Part shown: positions 45,901 through 53,520 of the stretch, piece by piece
How the letters are laid out: every line of letters starts with the position of its first letter
How positions within the stretch are numbered: position 1 is the stretch's first letter
Assembly (NCBI GenBank): GCA_017509565.1
Contig: JAFWPM010000057.1
Span: 1 to 63,469, forward strand
Source of the DNA: Kiritimatiellia bacterium
GTDB taxonomy: Bacteria; Verrucomicrobiota; Kiritimatiellia; RFP12; JAAYLN01
Direction: 5' to 3'
DNA: 63,469 nt
Notes under the pieces: generated by a model
Told to the model about the DNA's origin: nothing
The model's database searches: none
The model's input: the letters and a program-made list of their open reading frames with translations, nothing else
Program-made: the position numbers and the translations under genes

Positions 45901-46098
45901 GTCCGCCTCCGTTCCCCATCCGGCGAAACCTGTCTGCCGGCTCCTGGATTCGCGGCGCGCCCGGAGGTCGCGCCCTACCGGCTTGCCGGCGGCGTCCGTA
46001 TTTCCGGCTGTGCGGGTGTCTCCTCCCTTATAGGCACGACATCCGTCCCCGCCGCCGGGATTCCCCCCGATCCTGTCACGCTTTTCATCATCCATTAG
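42964..46098 (+). CDS. Secreted glycoside hydrolase family 5 enzyme with an N-terminal CBM-like domain and a ~550-aa C-terminal extension
   Basis: Signal peptide MKTIAAIAAALFVSLATSAS. GH5 motifs are YDLINEP (acid/base) and FVGEFSAVAW (nucleophile). ATG 42964. The track start at 42868 overlaps the previous gene. Confidence 0.8.
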   Translation: MKTIAAIAAALFVSLATSASIPDLRWSLERGAEISGSTLVVDLLDGSTNRAFGMTSVDVSDCLGEDSGARFDFRVRAQDVSEPAADHNGVKVMLIYTTDTGSTLYPQCYLPRGTFGWTNCSLHVNWLRGVPADGRLTIALGLQGSTGRAEFDLSALSLSAEPLGLERTNQNYVVRYPSAEGGTGEAFQRPLRGFNTANRILTEADMRDMRALGATLLRFQMTRSGKNDDLDEYAAWVDSRLDNLVDVLGWAGELGMKVCVDLHVVPGGQDNMAEQNLFHDQTWLDAYIATWERIARRCVAAQTSGLYGYDLINEPYQISPAAVASYWEVQRRAAEAIRAIDPYTPIIVESNGKDGASAFSYLSPLAMDNVIYQVHVYAPSAYTHQGSNGRAALPDVRWPDASRGWDADYLRQVLEPVREFQARHKCRIFVGEFSAVAWANGAENWLRDSIDLFEEYGWDWAYHAFREWRGWDLDYAGTTPDAATLRYAPDNPRKRVVADSMLLAPDTPWFSAAFSNGVASAVGGVWSEFAGGDGEFAALRGREGVVRLATVVEPQCGVLPSKLTGLLASAVARGQLASTAFVEEDDGSLSLRCLVAEDGQAKWLPLEGFSLHAAEAYQDGPTVLVVAEVACTGGVARVRYAATKTGASGATSALCRLRSATGETWFDSPCGQGGSPGLVAGRVAVSEPRALSSLTGIASGGTDNSPALAFGAIGEGTAPDGSGGTVCVEVLDAAPGIPSSARLRLTLSEADSGTGQTLAFIDQPFTGDGTYRFDTAGVLDAAALAGGTYYPYEISLVDAAGAKIQEAPSHGGTLRIAADVPWFSADAATGAVKGGAWVSGGAGGPPAVASGAWQITPDRDATFQARSPRGGCPRVEMALSPCGGHLPSKLSNLLAVSVARGDRAALVTVEEYDGSLSLRGLALVDGEPAWVALGGGASSPNEPLRFAVEFDLSGTTPMVSYLASSGSSQGGVSSPSEPLVRLRSPSGETCLPAPGFAARPEVAPYRLAGGVRISGCAGVSSLIGTTSVPAAGIPPDPVTLFIIH

Positions 46099-46111
46099 GG
46101 AACGTCGCGCG

Positions 46112-48979
46112 ATGAACCAGGCATTCCGCTGGACAATTTCAGTAGCGATATCGGCGTTCGCCATCGGCGCCTCTGCCGGCTGGCCCCTCATCGCCATACG
46201 CCACACGAGCGCCATTAACGACGCGCCGGAGGTTTTCGCCAGACTGATGGAGTGCCACAAAAGGCACCCTGGCGCGTGCGACGAGTTCTGGTTCTCCGGC
46301 GGGCTTCGCATGACGCCCGAAGGCGCGGCGGCCGCCGCGGAAAAAATCGCGGCGTTCCGCCCGCTGTGCGACGAGACCGGCATCCGCCTTTCCTACCAGC
46401 AGGGGCTGACCCTCGGCCACGGCGTCTCGCACCACGGCACCCCCAAGCCTGGGGAACAGGAGTTCCCCGATGACGCCTGGCGCATCGACGTCGACGGCAA
46501 GCGCCTCGGCCTCCTCTGTCCGCGCTCGCCGTTCGTCCTCGACTACGAGTGCGACTTCGCAAAGGCGATAATTGGCACCGCAAAGCCCGATTCCTACTGG
46601 CTGGACGACGATCTCCGGCTTGGCGCATGGAAGCCGCAGGGCTGTTTCTGCGACCGCTGCATCGCGGCCTTCAACGCGAAGACGGGTGGGATGTGGACGC
46701 GCGGCGAACTGGCGAAGCGGCTTTTCTCCGATGCGGCTCGCCGGGACGGCTCGCCCCACCTTGACCCCCTGCGCGCCGCGTGGGGGGAGTTCAACGCCGA
46801 ATCGCTGGCCCTCTACGCCGCCGCCGTCCGCAAAGCGGCGGACGAGCTGGGCAGTCCCTGCCGCCTTGGCTACCAGGCGATCTGGGCCGACTCCACCTAC
46901 AACGGGCCTGATTTCCGTCCGCTTCTCGAGGCGCTGTCGGGACCGGCGCACCGGCCCGTCGGCATTCGCCCCGGCGCGGGCTTCTACACCGAGGCCGAAC
47001 CGCGCGGCATGGTCGAGAAATGCCTCTCCGTCGCCCGCGAAGCCGAAAGAGTCCGCGAGTGCGGCGCTTTGCGCTCGCCCTCGCCGCAAGACGCCGCATC
47101 TCTTGTCGCCAGCGTCTGCTACGAGCAGGAGACCTATCCCCGCCACGTGCTGCACAAGTCGCCGGGGGCCATCATGACCGAATGCGCGCTCGCCCTCGCC
47201 TCCGGCTGCAATTCGCTCTCCCTCTACTGGTATGACCACGCCGCGCCAGAACCGGTCGGGGAATACGACCGGTTCGTGCGGACGCTCGCCGAGGCGCGCC
47301 CCTATTTCGAACGACTGGCCGCCTCGACGCGGCGGACGCGCCTCGGCGGCGTGGCGCGGTTCGTCGGCTCCGCCGCATTGGAAGCGCCCGGCTTCGACCT
47401 GCGCGACCGCAAGGACTTCGACCTGGCTTGCGCGGGGATTCCGGTGACCGTGGCCGGACCAGGCGCATCCGCCTACTACCTCACCGACAAGTCGCGCCGC
47501 GAAATGACCGAGGCGGATGTGGCAACTTGCCGCGACCCCATTGCGGGGTCGCGGATCGTCGATGTCTCCGACATCGAGAAATACCCCCTCGCATCCCGCC
47601 GTGCCAAGCTGCTCGACGACCTCGACGCCGTAACCGGCGGCACCTTCCCCGTGCGCATCGACGCATGCCGCCCGCTGCGCATCCTGCCACGAGTCCGAGA
47701 GGACGGACGGCTCGACAGCGTGACGATCCTCAACCTCTCCATCGGCGGCACCGACGAACTGAAGGTGCGCGTGCGGCGGCCCGTTTCGCGAAACGTCCTG
47801 CTGCAAAACTCGAAGATGGCCGTTCCTGTCCCGCTTTCCTGCACCTCGGCCGCGACGCCGGACGAGGTCGTCGTCACGCTCTCCGACATCCCCGGCTGGC
47901 AGATTGTGACCCTCTTCTTTGGCGAGACGAACGATGTCGCAGCCGCGAAGCAAGACCTGGCGTGGCGCTGGTATGACGGAACGGATCTTCCGTTGGAGGG
48001 GCGCGGCTTCGCCACAGCGAGCCTCCCGTCGCCCTACTGTCGGCTTCCGTCGGACATGCTTCCCCGCGTCACCAAGGAGGTCCGCGAGCTGCAGGCCGAC
48101 ACCGCCGGCCTCTGCTTCCGCTTCCGCACCGACTCGCGGCGACTCCGCATCTTCTGGAAGACGACCGCCCCAGTTCGCCAAAGCTGGAACATCGCTTCAT
48201 CAGGCGCCGACGGCGTGGACGTGTATCAGGAGACCCCGCAAGGGTGGCGGTTCGTGCAACCGCCTTTCCAGCCAAAGTCAAAGGACGAGGGTGCGGAATA
48301 CGTCTGGGATGTCCAGCCTGGGCTGACGACGATTGTGTATCTGCCGACCTATAACGGCATCGCGGCGTTCCGGATTGGCGTGGAAAAAGGATGTTCCATC
48401 GGGGCCGCGCCGCCGCGCAGGAGCGGAATCGCAAAGCCGGTCGTCTTCTACGGCACCTCCATCACGCAGGGGGCGAGCGCGTCGCATCCCGGCGGAAGCT
48501 GGGTGGCCCGGGCCGCGCGTCTGGCCGACGTCGAGGCGGTCAACCTCGGCTTCTCCGGCGCGGGCAAGATGGAGGACGCCATGCTCGACTGCCTTGCAAA
48601 AATCGACGCATCGCTCTACGTCCTCGACACCGTTTCCAACATGTCGCCGAAGCTGACGGCGGAGCGGTCGGAGAATTTCGTCAGGAGACTAGTCGCGCGG
48701 CGCCCCGGCGTCCCAATCCTGCTTACGGCGAACGCCTGGGTCCTGGGGCCGGAGGCCCGCCGGCGCGACGCCGCCGTGCGAGACCTCGTGGCGAAGCTCA
48801 AGGCCGAGGACCCCGCCCGGTGGTCGTCGCTCCACTTCGCAGGCGACGACACATCCGCACTTGCCCCAGACGCCGATGGAACGGTGGACGGCATCCACCT
48901 CAACGACCTTGGCATGCAGCGCGCCGGAGACTTCTTCGGAGGCGTCATCCGCGACATACTGGAAGGGGGCCGCCCTTGA
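46112..48979 (+). CDS. Chimeric protein: N-terminal GH-like region with a Cys cluster plus C-terminal GxDLY/SGNH esterase
   Basis: N-terminus has a signal-like segment and PQGCFCDRCIAAFN. C-terminus has VVFYGTSITQGASASHPG and VDGIHLNDLG (SGNH Ser and D..H). Confidence 0.7.
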   Translation: MNQAFRWTISVAISAFAIGASAGWPLIAIRHTSAINDAPEVFARLMECHKRHPGACDEFWFSGGLRMTPEGAAAAAEKIAAFRPLCDETGIRLSYQQGLTLGHGVSHHGTPKPGEQEFPDDAWRIDVDGKRLGLLCPRSPFVLDYECDFAKAIIGTAKPDSYWLDDDLRLGAWKPQGCFCDRCIAAFNAKTGGMWTRGELAKRLFSDAARRDGSPHLDPLRAAWGEFNAESLALYAAAVRKAADELGSPCRLGYQAIWADSTYNGPDFRPLLEALSGPAHRPVGIRPGAGFYTEAEPRGMVEKCLSVAREAERVRECGALRSPSPQDAASLVASVCYEQETYPRHVLHKSPGAIMTECALALASGCNSLSLYWYDHAAPEPVGEYDRFVRTLAEARPYFERLAASTRRTRLGGVARFVGSAALEAPGFDLRDRKDFDLACAGIPVTVAGPGASAYYLTDKSRREMTEADVATCRDPIAGSRIVDVSDIEKYPLASRRAKLLDDLDAVTGGTFPVRIDACRPLRILPRVREDGRLDSVTILNLSIGGTDELKVRVRRPVSRNVLLQNSKMAVPVPLSCTSAATPDEVVVTLSDIPGWQIVTLFFGETNDVAAAKQDLAWRWYDGTDLPLEGRGFATASLPSPYCRLPSDMLPRVTKEVRELQADTAGLCFRFRTDSRRLRIFWKTTAPVRQSWNIASSGADGVDVYQETPQGWRFVQPPFQPKSKDEGAEYVWDVQPGLTTIVYLPTYNGIAAFRIGVEKGCSIGAAPPRRSGIAKPVVFYGTSITQGASASHPGGSWVARAARLADVEAVNLGFSGAGKMEDAMLDCLAKIDASLYVLDTVSNMSPKLTAERSENFVRRLVARRPGVPILLTANAWVLGPEARRRDAAVRDLVAKLKAEDPARWSSLHFAGDDTSALAPDADGTVDGIHLNDLGMQRAGDFFGGVIRDILEGGRP

Positions 48980-50556
48980 TTCTCGCCAACCGAAACGCCT
49001 TGCGAATCATCGCCCCCTTGCTCCTTGCGTCCCTTGCGCCGGATGCGCTCGCCGTGGTTTCCTTCCCCCATTCGGCGTGGTCGCTCCCCAGCGGGGCACG
49101 GATCGATGGCGACACGCTAGTCGTAGATATCCCCCACGGCGCAGCTGACAGGCGCGACGCGCGCGCCAGCGCAAAAATCGACTGCGCCGGGGCAATCGCC
49201 GACTTTCGGTCCGTCGTCGCCTCGGTGCGCGTTCGCGCCGAGGACGTCTCGGAGCCAGACCATCCGTGGAACGGCGTCAAGGTGCAGCTGCGTTACACCG
49301 ACCTGGACGGCAAGGCGCAGTATCCCGCCTTTGAACTGCCCCGCGGTTCGTTTGACTGGACGAACGCGACTGTGCGCCTCTCCGCGCTCGCGAACCCGCT
49401 CGGAATCGGCGGTGACGGCCGCGCCACGCTCCTTCTCGGCCTTGAAGGCTGCACCGGCCACGCCGAGTTCGACCTCGCCTCCCTCCGCATTGACTACGAG
49501 GACACCGGCATCCCGCGCGAAGACGAAGTGCGGAAGGCGCGCTGTCCGTCCCGCCGCGAGGGCGAACGCGAAGCGCCGCACTCACGGATTCTCCGCGGAT
49601 GCATGCTGCCAGCCCGCGCCACCACCGAAGGTGATATCGCGGAGCTTGCGTCATGGGGCGCCACTCTCGTTCGCTTCCAGATCACCCGCGACTTCGGGAA
49701 AATCAACGCCAATCTCGACCTCGACGAATACGCCGCATGGGTTGATTCGCGCCTTGACAACCTCGAGGAGGTTCTTGGCTGGGCCGAGGTGCGCGGCATG
49801 AAGGTCTGCGTTGATCTGCACGCCACCCCCGGCGGCGTCCGCGTCGGCGACCGCGCAACGGCCATGCTCTACGACGAGCGCCTGGCCCAAGCATACGTCG
49901 AAACGTGGCGGCGCATCGCCGCGCGCTGTGCGCCCATCGTGCAAACTAAGGGGCCTGTCATCTACGGCTACGACCTCGTCAACGAACCCAAGCAAATTGC
50001 CTTTGCGCCCATCAGCTACTGGGAAATCCAGCGCCGCGCCGCCAAGGCGATCCGCGCCATAGACCCCGTGACGCCCATCGTCGTCGAAAGCAACATCAGC
50101 GCCTCGCCGACGGCATTTGCCTACCTCCAGCCGCTCGCGATGGACAACGTCATCTACCAACTGCACATGTATGCGCCCGGCGACTACACGCACCAGGGCG
50201 TTGGACGGGCGCTCACGAAGGACGGACGGCCGCTCGTCTGGCCCGACCCCTCGCGCGGCTGGGACGCCGACTGGCTGCGCCGCGTCCTGGAGCCGGTCCG
50301 GTCCTTCCAGGAAAAGCACCAATGCCGCATCTACGTCGGCGAGTTCAGCGCCGTCGCCTGGGCGCCCGGGGCCGAAAACTACCTCCGCGACTGCATCGTC
50401 CTCTTTGAGGAATACGGCTGGGACTGGACCTACCACGCCTTCCGCGAATGGAGCGCATGGAGCGTCGAGCACGAAGTCCCCGGCCCCGGCAAGCCGCCAA
50501 CGCGGTCGGCCGACAACCCGCGGAAGCGCGCGCTACTGGACTGGCTACGACGGTAG
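48976..50556 (+). CDS. Secreted glycoside hydrolase family 5 paralogue
   Basis: Collinear with 42964..~44500 (YDLVNEP, YVGEFSAVAW). The only signal-peptide-compatible start is TTG 48976, giving (M)ILANRNALRIIAPLLLASLAPDALA. It overlaps the upstream stop (TTGA). The next in-frame ATG is far downstream. Confidence 0.7.
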   Translation: MILANRNALRIIAPLLLASLAPDALAVVSFPHSAWSLPSGARIDGDTLVVDIPHGAADRRDARASAKIDCAGAIADFRSVVASVRVRAEDVSEPDHPWNGVKVQLRYTDLDGKAQYPAFELPRGSFDWTNATVRLSALANPLGIGGDGRATLLLGLEGCTGHAEFDLASLRIDYEDTGIPREDEVRKARCPSRREGEREAPHSRILRGCMLPARATTEGDIAELASWGATLVRFQITRDFGKINANLDLDEYAAWVDSRLDNLEEVLGWAEVRGMKVCVDLHATPGGVRVGDRATAMLYDERLAQAYVETWRRIAARCAPIVQTKGPVIYGYDLVNEPKQIAFAPISYWEIQRRAAKAIRAIDPVTPIVVESNISASPTAFAYLQPLAMDNVIYQLHMYAPGDYTHQGVGRALTKDGRPLVWPDPSRGWDADWLRRVLEPVRSFQEKHQCRIYVGEFSAVAWAPGAENYLRDCIVLFEEYGWDWTYHAFREWSAWSVEHEVPGPGKPPTRSADNPRKRALLDWLRR

Positions 50557-50931
50557 CGTCAATGGTTAGGCTCATCCCCCATTTTCAGACGTCGTGTGCA
50601 ATGGTGCGCGTGAGATGACACCGGGTCCGCCGTGTTTATCCTAAAAAACTTCTCTCTTCCGCGAGATCGGGGAATCCGGCGGCCCCATCCGCCGATGGCG
50701 GACACTTGCGGGGATGGGGGTGCCGCATCGTCCGATATCGGCCCGGAGAGCAAGGTTTTAGGGTAAGGCAGGCCTAGAGAGACGGACCCACGCCAAGCCA
50801 GGAAGCCCCGACCGCCTGCAAAGTCTCGGTCTCGCCTTCTTTGTGCCAGGGCTTTTCCTGACCGCCTTTCATGCGGGTGTGCCGACACTCTTCTTCGGCA
50901 TGAATATATAAATGGGGATAAGCCTGAATGC

Positions 50932-50960
50932 TTGCGGATCTTCATGGTAAGGGCTATAAT
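50932..50960 (+). promoter_or_regulatory. Sigma70-like promoter candidate TTGCGG-17 nt-TATAAT in a long non-coding gap
   Basis: Sequence match only. No ORF follows for about 330 nt. Confidence 0.3.
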
Positions 50961-51052
50961 TGCTTTGTTAGCCCAATTGGCGCGCTGAAGGAAGGATTGA
51001 AACAATGCGACTCGGCAAAATCAGGCAATTGACATTTTGGGCGGTAGTGGCA

Positions 51053-51208
51053 TTTTGCCTCGGACACCATGCGCCCGAAGCCCAGAAGCTCGGGGCACAC
51101 CGTGTCGCGCCGGAGCGAGTCTATGCCGGAATGGCGCACCACGCCGTTGAGTACCGGCACTAGAAGCGTCCCCATCACATCGGCCACGTCCGGCGCGTTT
51201 CGTCGGAA
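51053..51208 (-). pseudogene. Possible gene remnant (GC3-rich coding-like frame without a recognisable family)
   Basis: The minus-strand frame FRRNAPDVADVMGTLLVPVLNGVVRHSGIDSLRRDTVCPELLGFGRMVSEAK has the strong GC3 bias of real genes here. It runs into AT-rich repeat-like sequence and has no plausible full-length ORF. Confidence 0.2.
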
Positions 51209-51293
51209 AATGGTAGAATGGTTAATCGTGAAAGCGCGGTGCGGCCAACAGTCCGGAGGCCGCGGCGCTGGTGAATCTGAAGTGATAATTGGA

Positions 51294-51647
51294 ATGAAAA
51301 CACTCGCAGTCCTTTGCATGATGGTATGCGGAAACGTGTTCATGACGACCGCCTGGTACTGGCACCTGCGGCGCGGCGCCACTGACGGCAAACCGCTGCC
51401 GCTGATTGTCCTTATGAGCTGGGGCATCGCCTTGCTGGAGTATTCGATCATGGTGCCGGCAAACCGCCTTGGCGCCTCGGCCGGGCTTTCCGTCGCGCAG
51501 CTCAAGGTCGCGCAGGAGGTGGTGACGCTGCTTGTGTTCGCGCCTTTTGCCGTGTTCGTCCTGGGGGAGCGGCTCCGCCTTGACTACCTTTGGGCCTTCC
51601 TGTGCCTTGTCGGGGCGGTCTATTTCGTTAACAGGCAAAATTTCTAG
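51294..51647 (+). CDS. DUF486-like small membrane protein (DMT superfamily)
   Basis: 117 aa with four hydrophobic segments, including AWYWHL and VAQLKVAQEV. Extended -10-like TGgTAGAAT at 51211-51219. The track start at 51069 was rejected. Confidence 0.7.
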   Translation: MKTLAVLCMMVCGNVFMTTAWYWHLRRGATDGKPLPLIVLMSWGIALLEYSIMVPANRLGASAGLSVAQLKVAQEVVTLLVFAPFAVFVLGERLRLDYLWAFLCLVGAVYFVNRQNF

Positions 51648-51682
51648 GGCCTGGGCGCCCTGGGTGGAGATGTGGTCCAGAG

Positions 51683-52453
51683 ATGATACAGATCAGGAAT
51701 CTTGCATACACGGCCAAGACCGATGAAGGCGAGAGGGAGATACTCCGGGGAATCGACCTTGACATCCCCGACGGCCGACTCATAGTGGTGACCGGGCCGA
51801 ACGGCGGCGGGAAGTCTACGCTGGCGCGGCTTGTCGCCGGGATTGCGAAGCCAAGCGGCGGCAGCATAGTGTTCGACGGCCGCGACATCACCGGCGCCTC
51901 AATCACGGAGAGGGCCAGGCTCGGAATCGGCTTCGCCTTCCAGCAGCCGGTCCGCTTCAAGGGCCTCAAGGTGATGGACCTCCTCGCCATCGCGGCAGGG
52001 CGCACCCTTGCGAAGAGCGAGGCATGCGACTATCTGGTGTCGGTCGGCCTTTGCGCCAACGACTACCTCCAGCGCGAGGTGAATTCCTCGCTGTCAGGCG
52101 GCGAACTCAAGCGCATCGAAATCGCGACGGTGATTGCAAAGGCGTCGAAGGTCTCGATTTTCGACGAGCCGGAGGCCGGAATAGACCTATGGAGCTTCCA
52201 GAGCCTGATCGACACTTTCCGCAACATGCGGCGCACGATCGCGAACTCGTCGATCGTAATCATATCCCACCAGGAGCGGATACTTGCGATAGCCGACGAA
52301 ATCGTCGTAATCAAGGACGGCCTGATAGCGCGGCACGGGCCCAAGGCCGCGATACTTCCATCCCTGATTGGGACGTCGATGGCCGCGCCGGGGTGCCCGA
52401 AGTTCGGCCGCGGCGACGTCCCTGTGATAACGGAGGGGAAAATCCATGCTTAG
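51683..52453 (+). CDS. sufC: SufC-type Fe-S cluster assembly ABC ATPase
   Basis: Contains GPNGGGKSTL, LSGGELKR and IFDEPEAGIDL. Overlaps the next gene by 8 nt. Confidence 0.8.
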   Translation: MIQIRNLAYTAKTDEGEREILRGIDLDIPDGRLIVVTGPNGGGKSTLARLVAGIAKPSGGSIVFDGRDITGASITERARLGIGFAFQQPVRFKGLKVMDLLAIAAGRTLAKSEACDYLVSVGLCANDYLQREVNSSLSGGELKRIEIATVIAKASKVSIFDEPEAGIDLWSFQSLIDTFRNMRRTIANSSIVIISHQERILAIADEIVVIKDGLIARHGPKAAILPSLIGTSMAAPGCPKFGRGDVPVITEGKIHA

Positions 52454-53366
52454 CGAAATCCAGAAAAAGATGCTCAGGGAACTGACCGGCAGGAGCGAAT
52501 TCGGGGACGGCGCCTTCAACATCCGCGCGAACGGGTGCTCGGCGGGGCGCCACTCGACGAAGGGCATCCGCATAGAGCCGAAGCCGAACGGCGCAGGCCT
52601 CGATGTCTACATCGAACCCGGCCTGCGCGACGACAACGTCAGCATCCCGGTCGTGATGACGGAAAGCGGCCTCAAGGAGGAGGTGTACAACGACTTCCAC
52701 GTCGGCGAGGGGGCGGTCGTCACGATCACGGCCGGCTGCGGGATCCACAACTGCGGCCGCGAGGACTCCCAGCACGACGGTATCCACAGGTTCTTCATAG
52801 GCCGCGGCTCCCGCGTGAAATACGTGGAGAAGCACATTGGGGAAGGGGACGGCGCCGGGCGGCGCATCCTGAATCCGGTCACCGAGGTGTACCAGGAGGA
52901 GGATTCCGTCCTTGAGATGGAGATGACGCAGATCCGCGGCGTTGACGAGACGGAGCGCACTACGAAGGCGGCGCTCAAGGCAGGGGCCAGGCTGGCCGTC
53001 AGGGAGAGGCTTATGACGGGCGCCAGGGAGCGCGCGGTGAGCCACTACGCGGTGACGCTGGACGGCGCCGGCGCCGTGGCCGACATCGTTTCGCGCGGGG
53101 TGGCGCGCGGCGACTCCGTCCAGACGCTTGATTTGAAAATCGTCGGCAACGCCCCATGCCGCGGCCACACCGAGTGCGACTCGATCATCATGGACCGCGG
53201 CCACATCGTGGCGGTGCCGACGCTTGAGGCGGCCGACATCGACGCGCAGCTCGTCCACGAGGCCGCTATCGGCAAGATTGCCGGGGACCAGCTCGACAAG
53301 CTGATGTCGCTTGGGCTGACGGCCGCCGAGGCCGAGGCAAGGATAATCGAGGGGTTCCTGAGCTAG
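52446..53366 (+). CDS. Short SufB/SufD-family (UPF0051) Fe-S scaffold protein
   Basis: 306 aa. C-terminus reads TECDSIIMD...LVHEAAIGKIAGDQLDKLMSLGLTAAEAEARIIEGFL, typical of the SufB/D beta-helix and C-terminal helices. Confidence 0.75.
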   Translation: MLSEIQKKMLRELTGRSEFGDGAFNIRANGCSAGRHSTKGIRIEPKPNGAGLDVYIEPGLRDDNVSIPVVMTESGLKEEVYNDFHVGEGAVVTITAGCGIHNCGREDSQHDGIHRFFIGRGSRVKYVEKHIGEGDGAGRRILNPVTEVYQEEDSVLEMEMTQIRGVDETERTTKAALKAGARLAVRERLMTGARERAVSHYAVTLDGAGAVADIVSRGVARGDSVQTLDLKIVGNAPCRGHTECDSIIMDRGHIVAVPTLEAADIDAQLVHEAAIGKIAGDQLDKLMSLGLTAAEAEARIIEGFLS

Positions 53367-53515
53367 TGATTTGGCACATTGACATTTTGGATTTCACAAT
53401 GCCCATTGTCCACAAATCGGCACTGACACCAATGTCAATTGGTATTGACGATTGATGAACAATGAAGATTTGAGGTTTGTGAACATTCTCAAATTGTCCA
53501 ATTGTCAGTTTGCCA
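53367..53515. repeat. AT-rich interspersed repeat, copy B (core 53404-53508, plus a left extension)
   Basis: Inverted relative to copy A (23535-23640). The left extension, cATTGACATTTTGG at 53377-53390, also matches 51027-51040. It abuts the stop of the convergent methyltransferase gene. Confidence 0.75.
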
Positions 53516-53520
53516 GCACG

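Noticed and set aside
50670-50790. Local resemblance to RNase P RNA segments (CCGCCGATGGC, CCCGGAGAGCAAGG..TAGGG, GGCCTAGAGAGACGG).
   Set aside because: The universally conserved P4 strands (GGAAAGTCCGG and ACAGAACCCGGCTTA) are absent, and the region is too short. tmRNA and SRP signatures (terminal TCCACCA, GGAAGGAAGCAGCC) were also not found. It is kept only as an unassigned structured region.
50559-51005. Track ORFs 50559..51005 (-), 50954..51505 (-) and 51069..51293 (+) in the long gap.
   Set aside because: Their composition is not protein-like, they have no start context, and they partly overlap the DUF486 gene. Only the 51053-51208 minus-strand stretch looks like a coding relic, and it is reported with low confidence.
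51053-51208. Idea that the relic is the C-terminus of a tyrosine recombinase (RHSG....LLGFG....HY loosely resembling R-H..LLGH..Y).
   Set aside because: The spacing and residues fit only loosely. There is no upstream catalytic Arg box and no adjacent tRNA/tmRNA attachment site. Too weak to call without a BLASTX or HMM hit.
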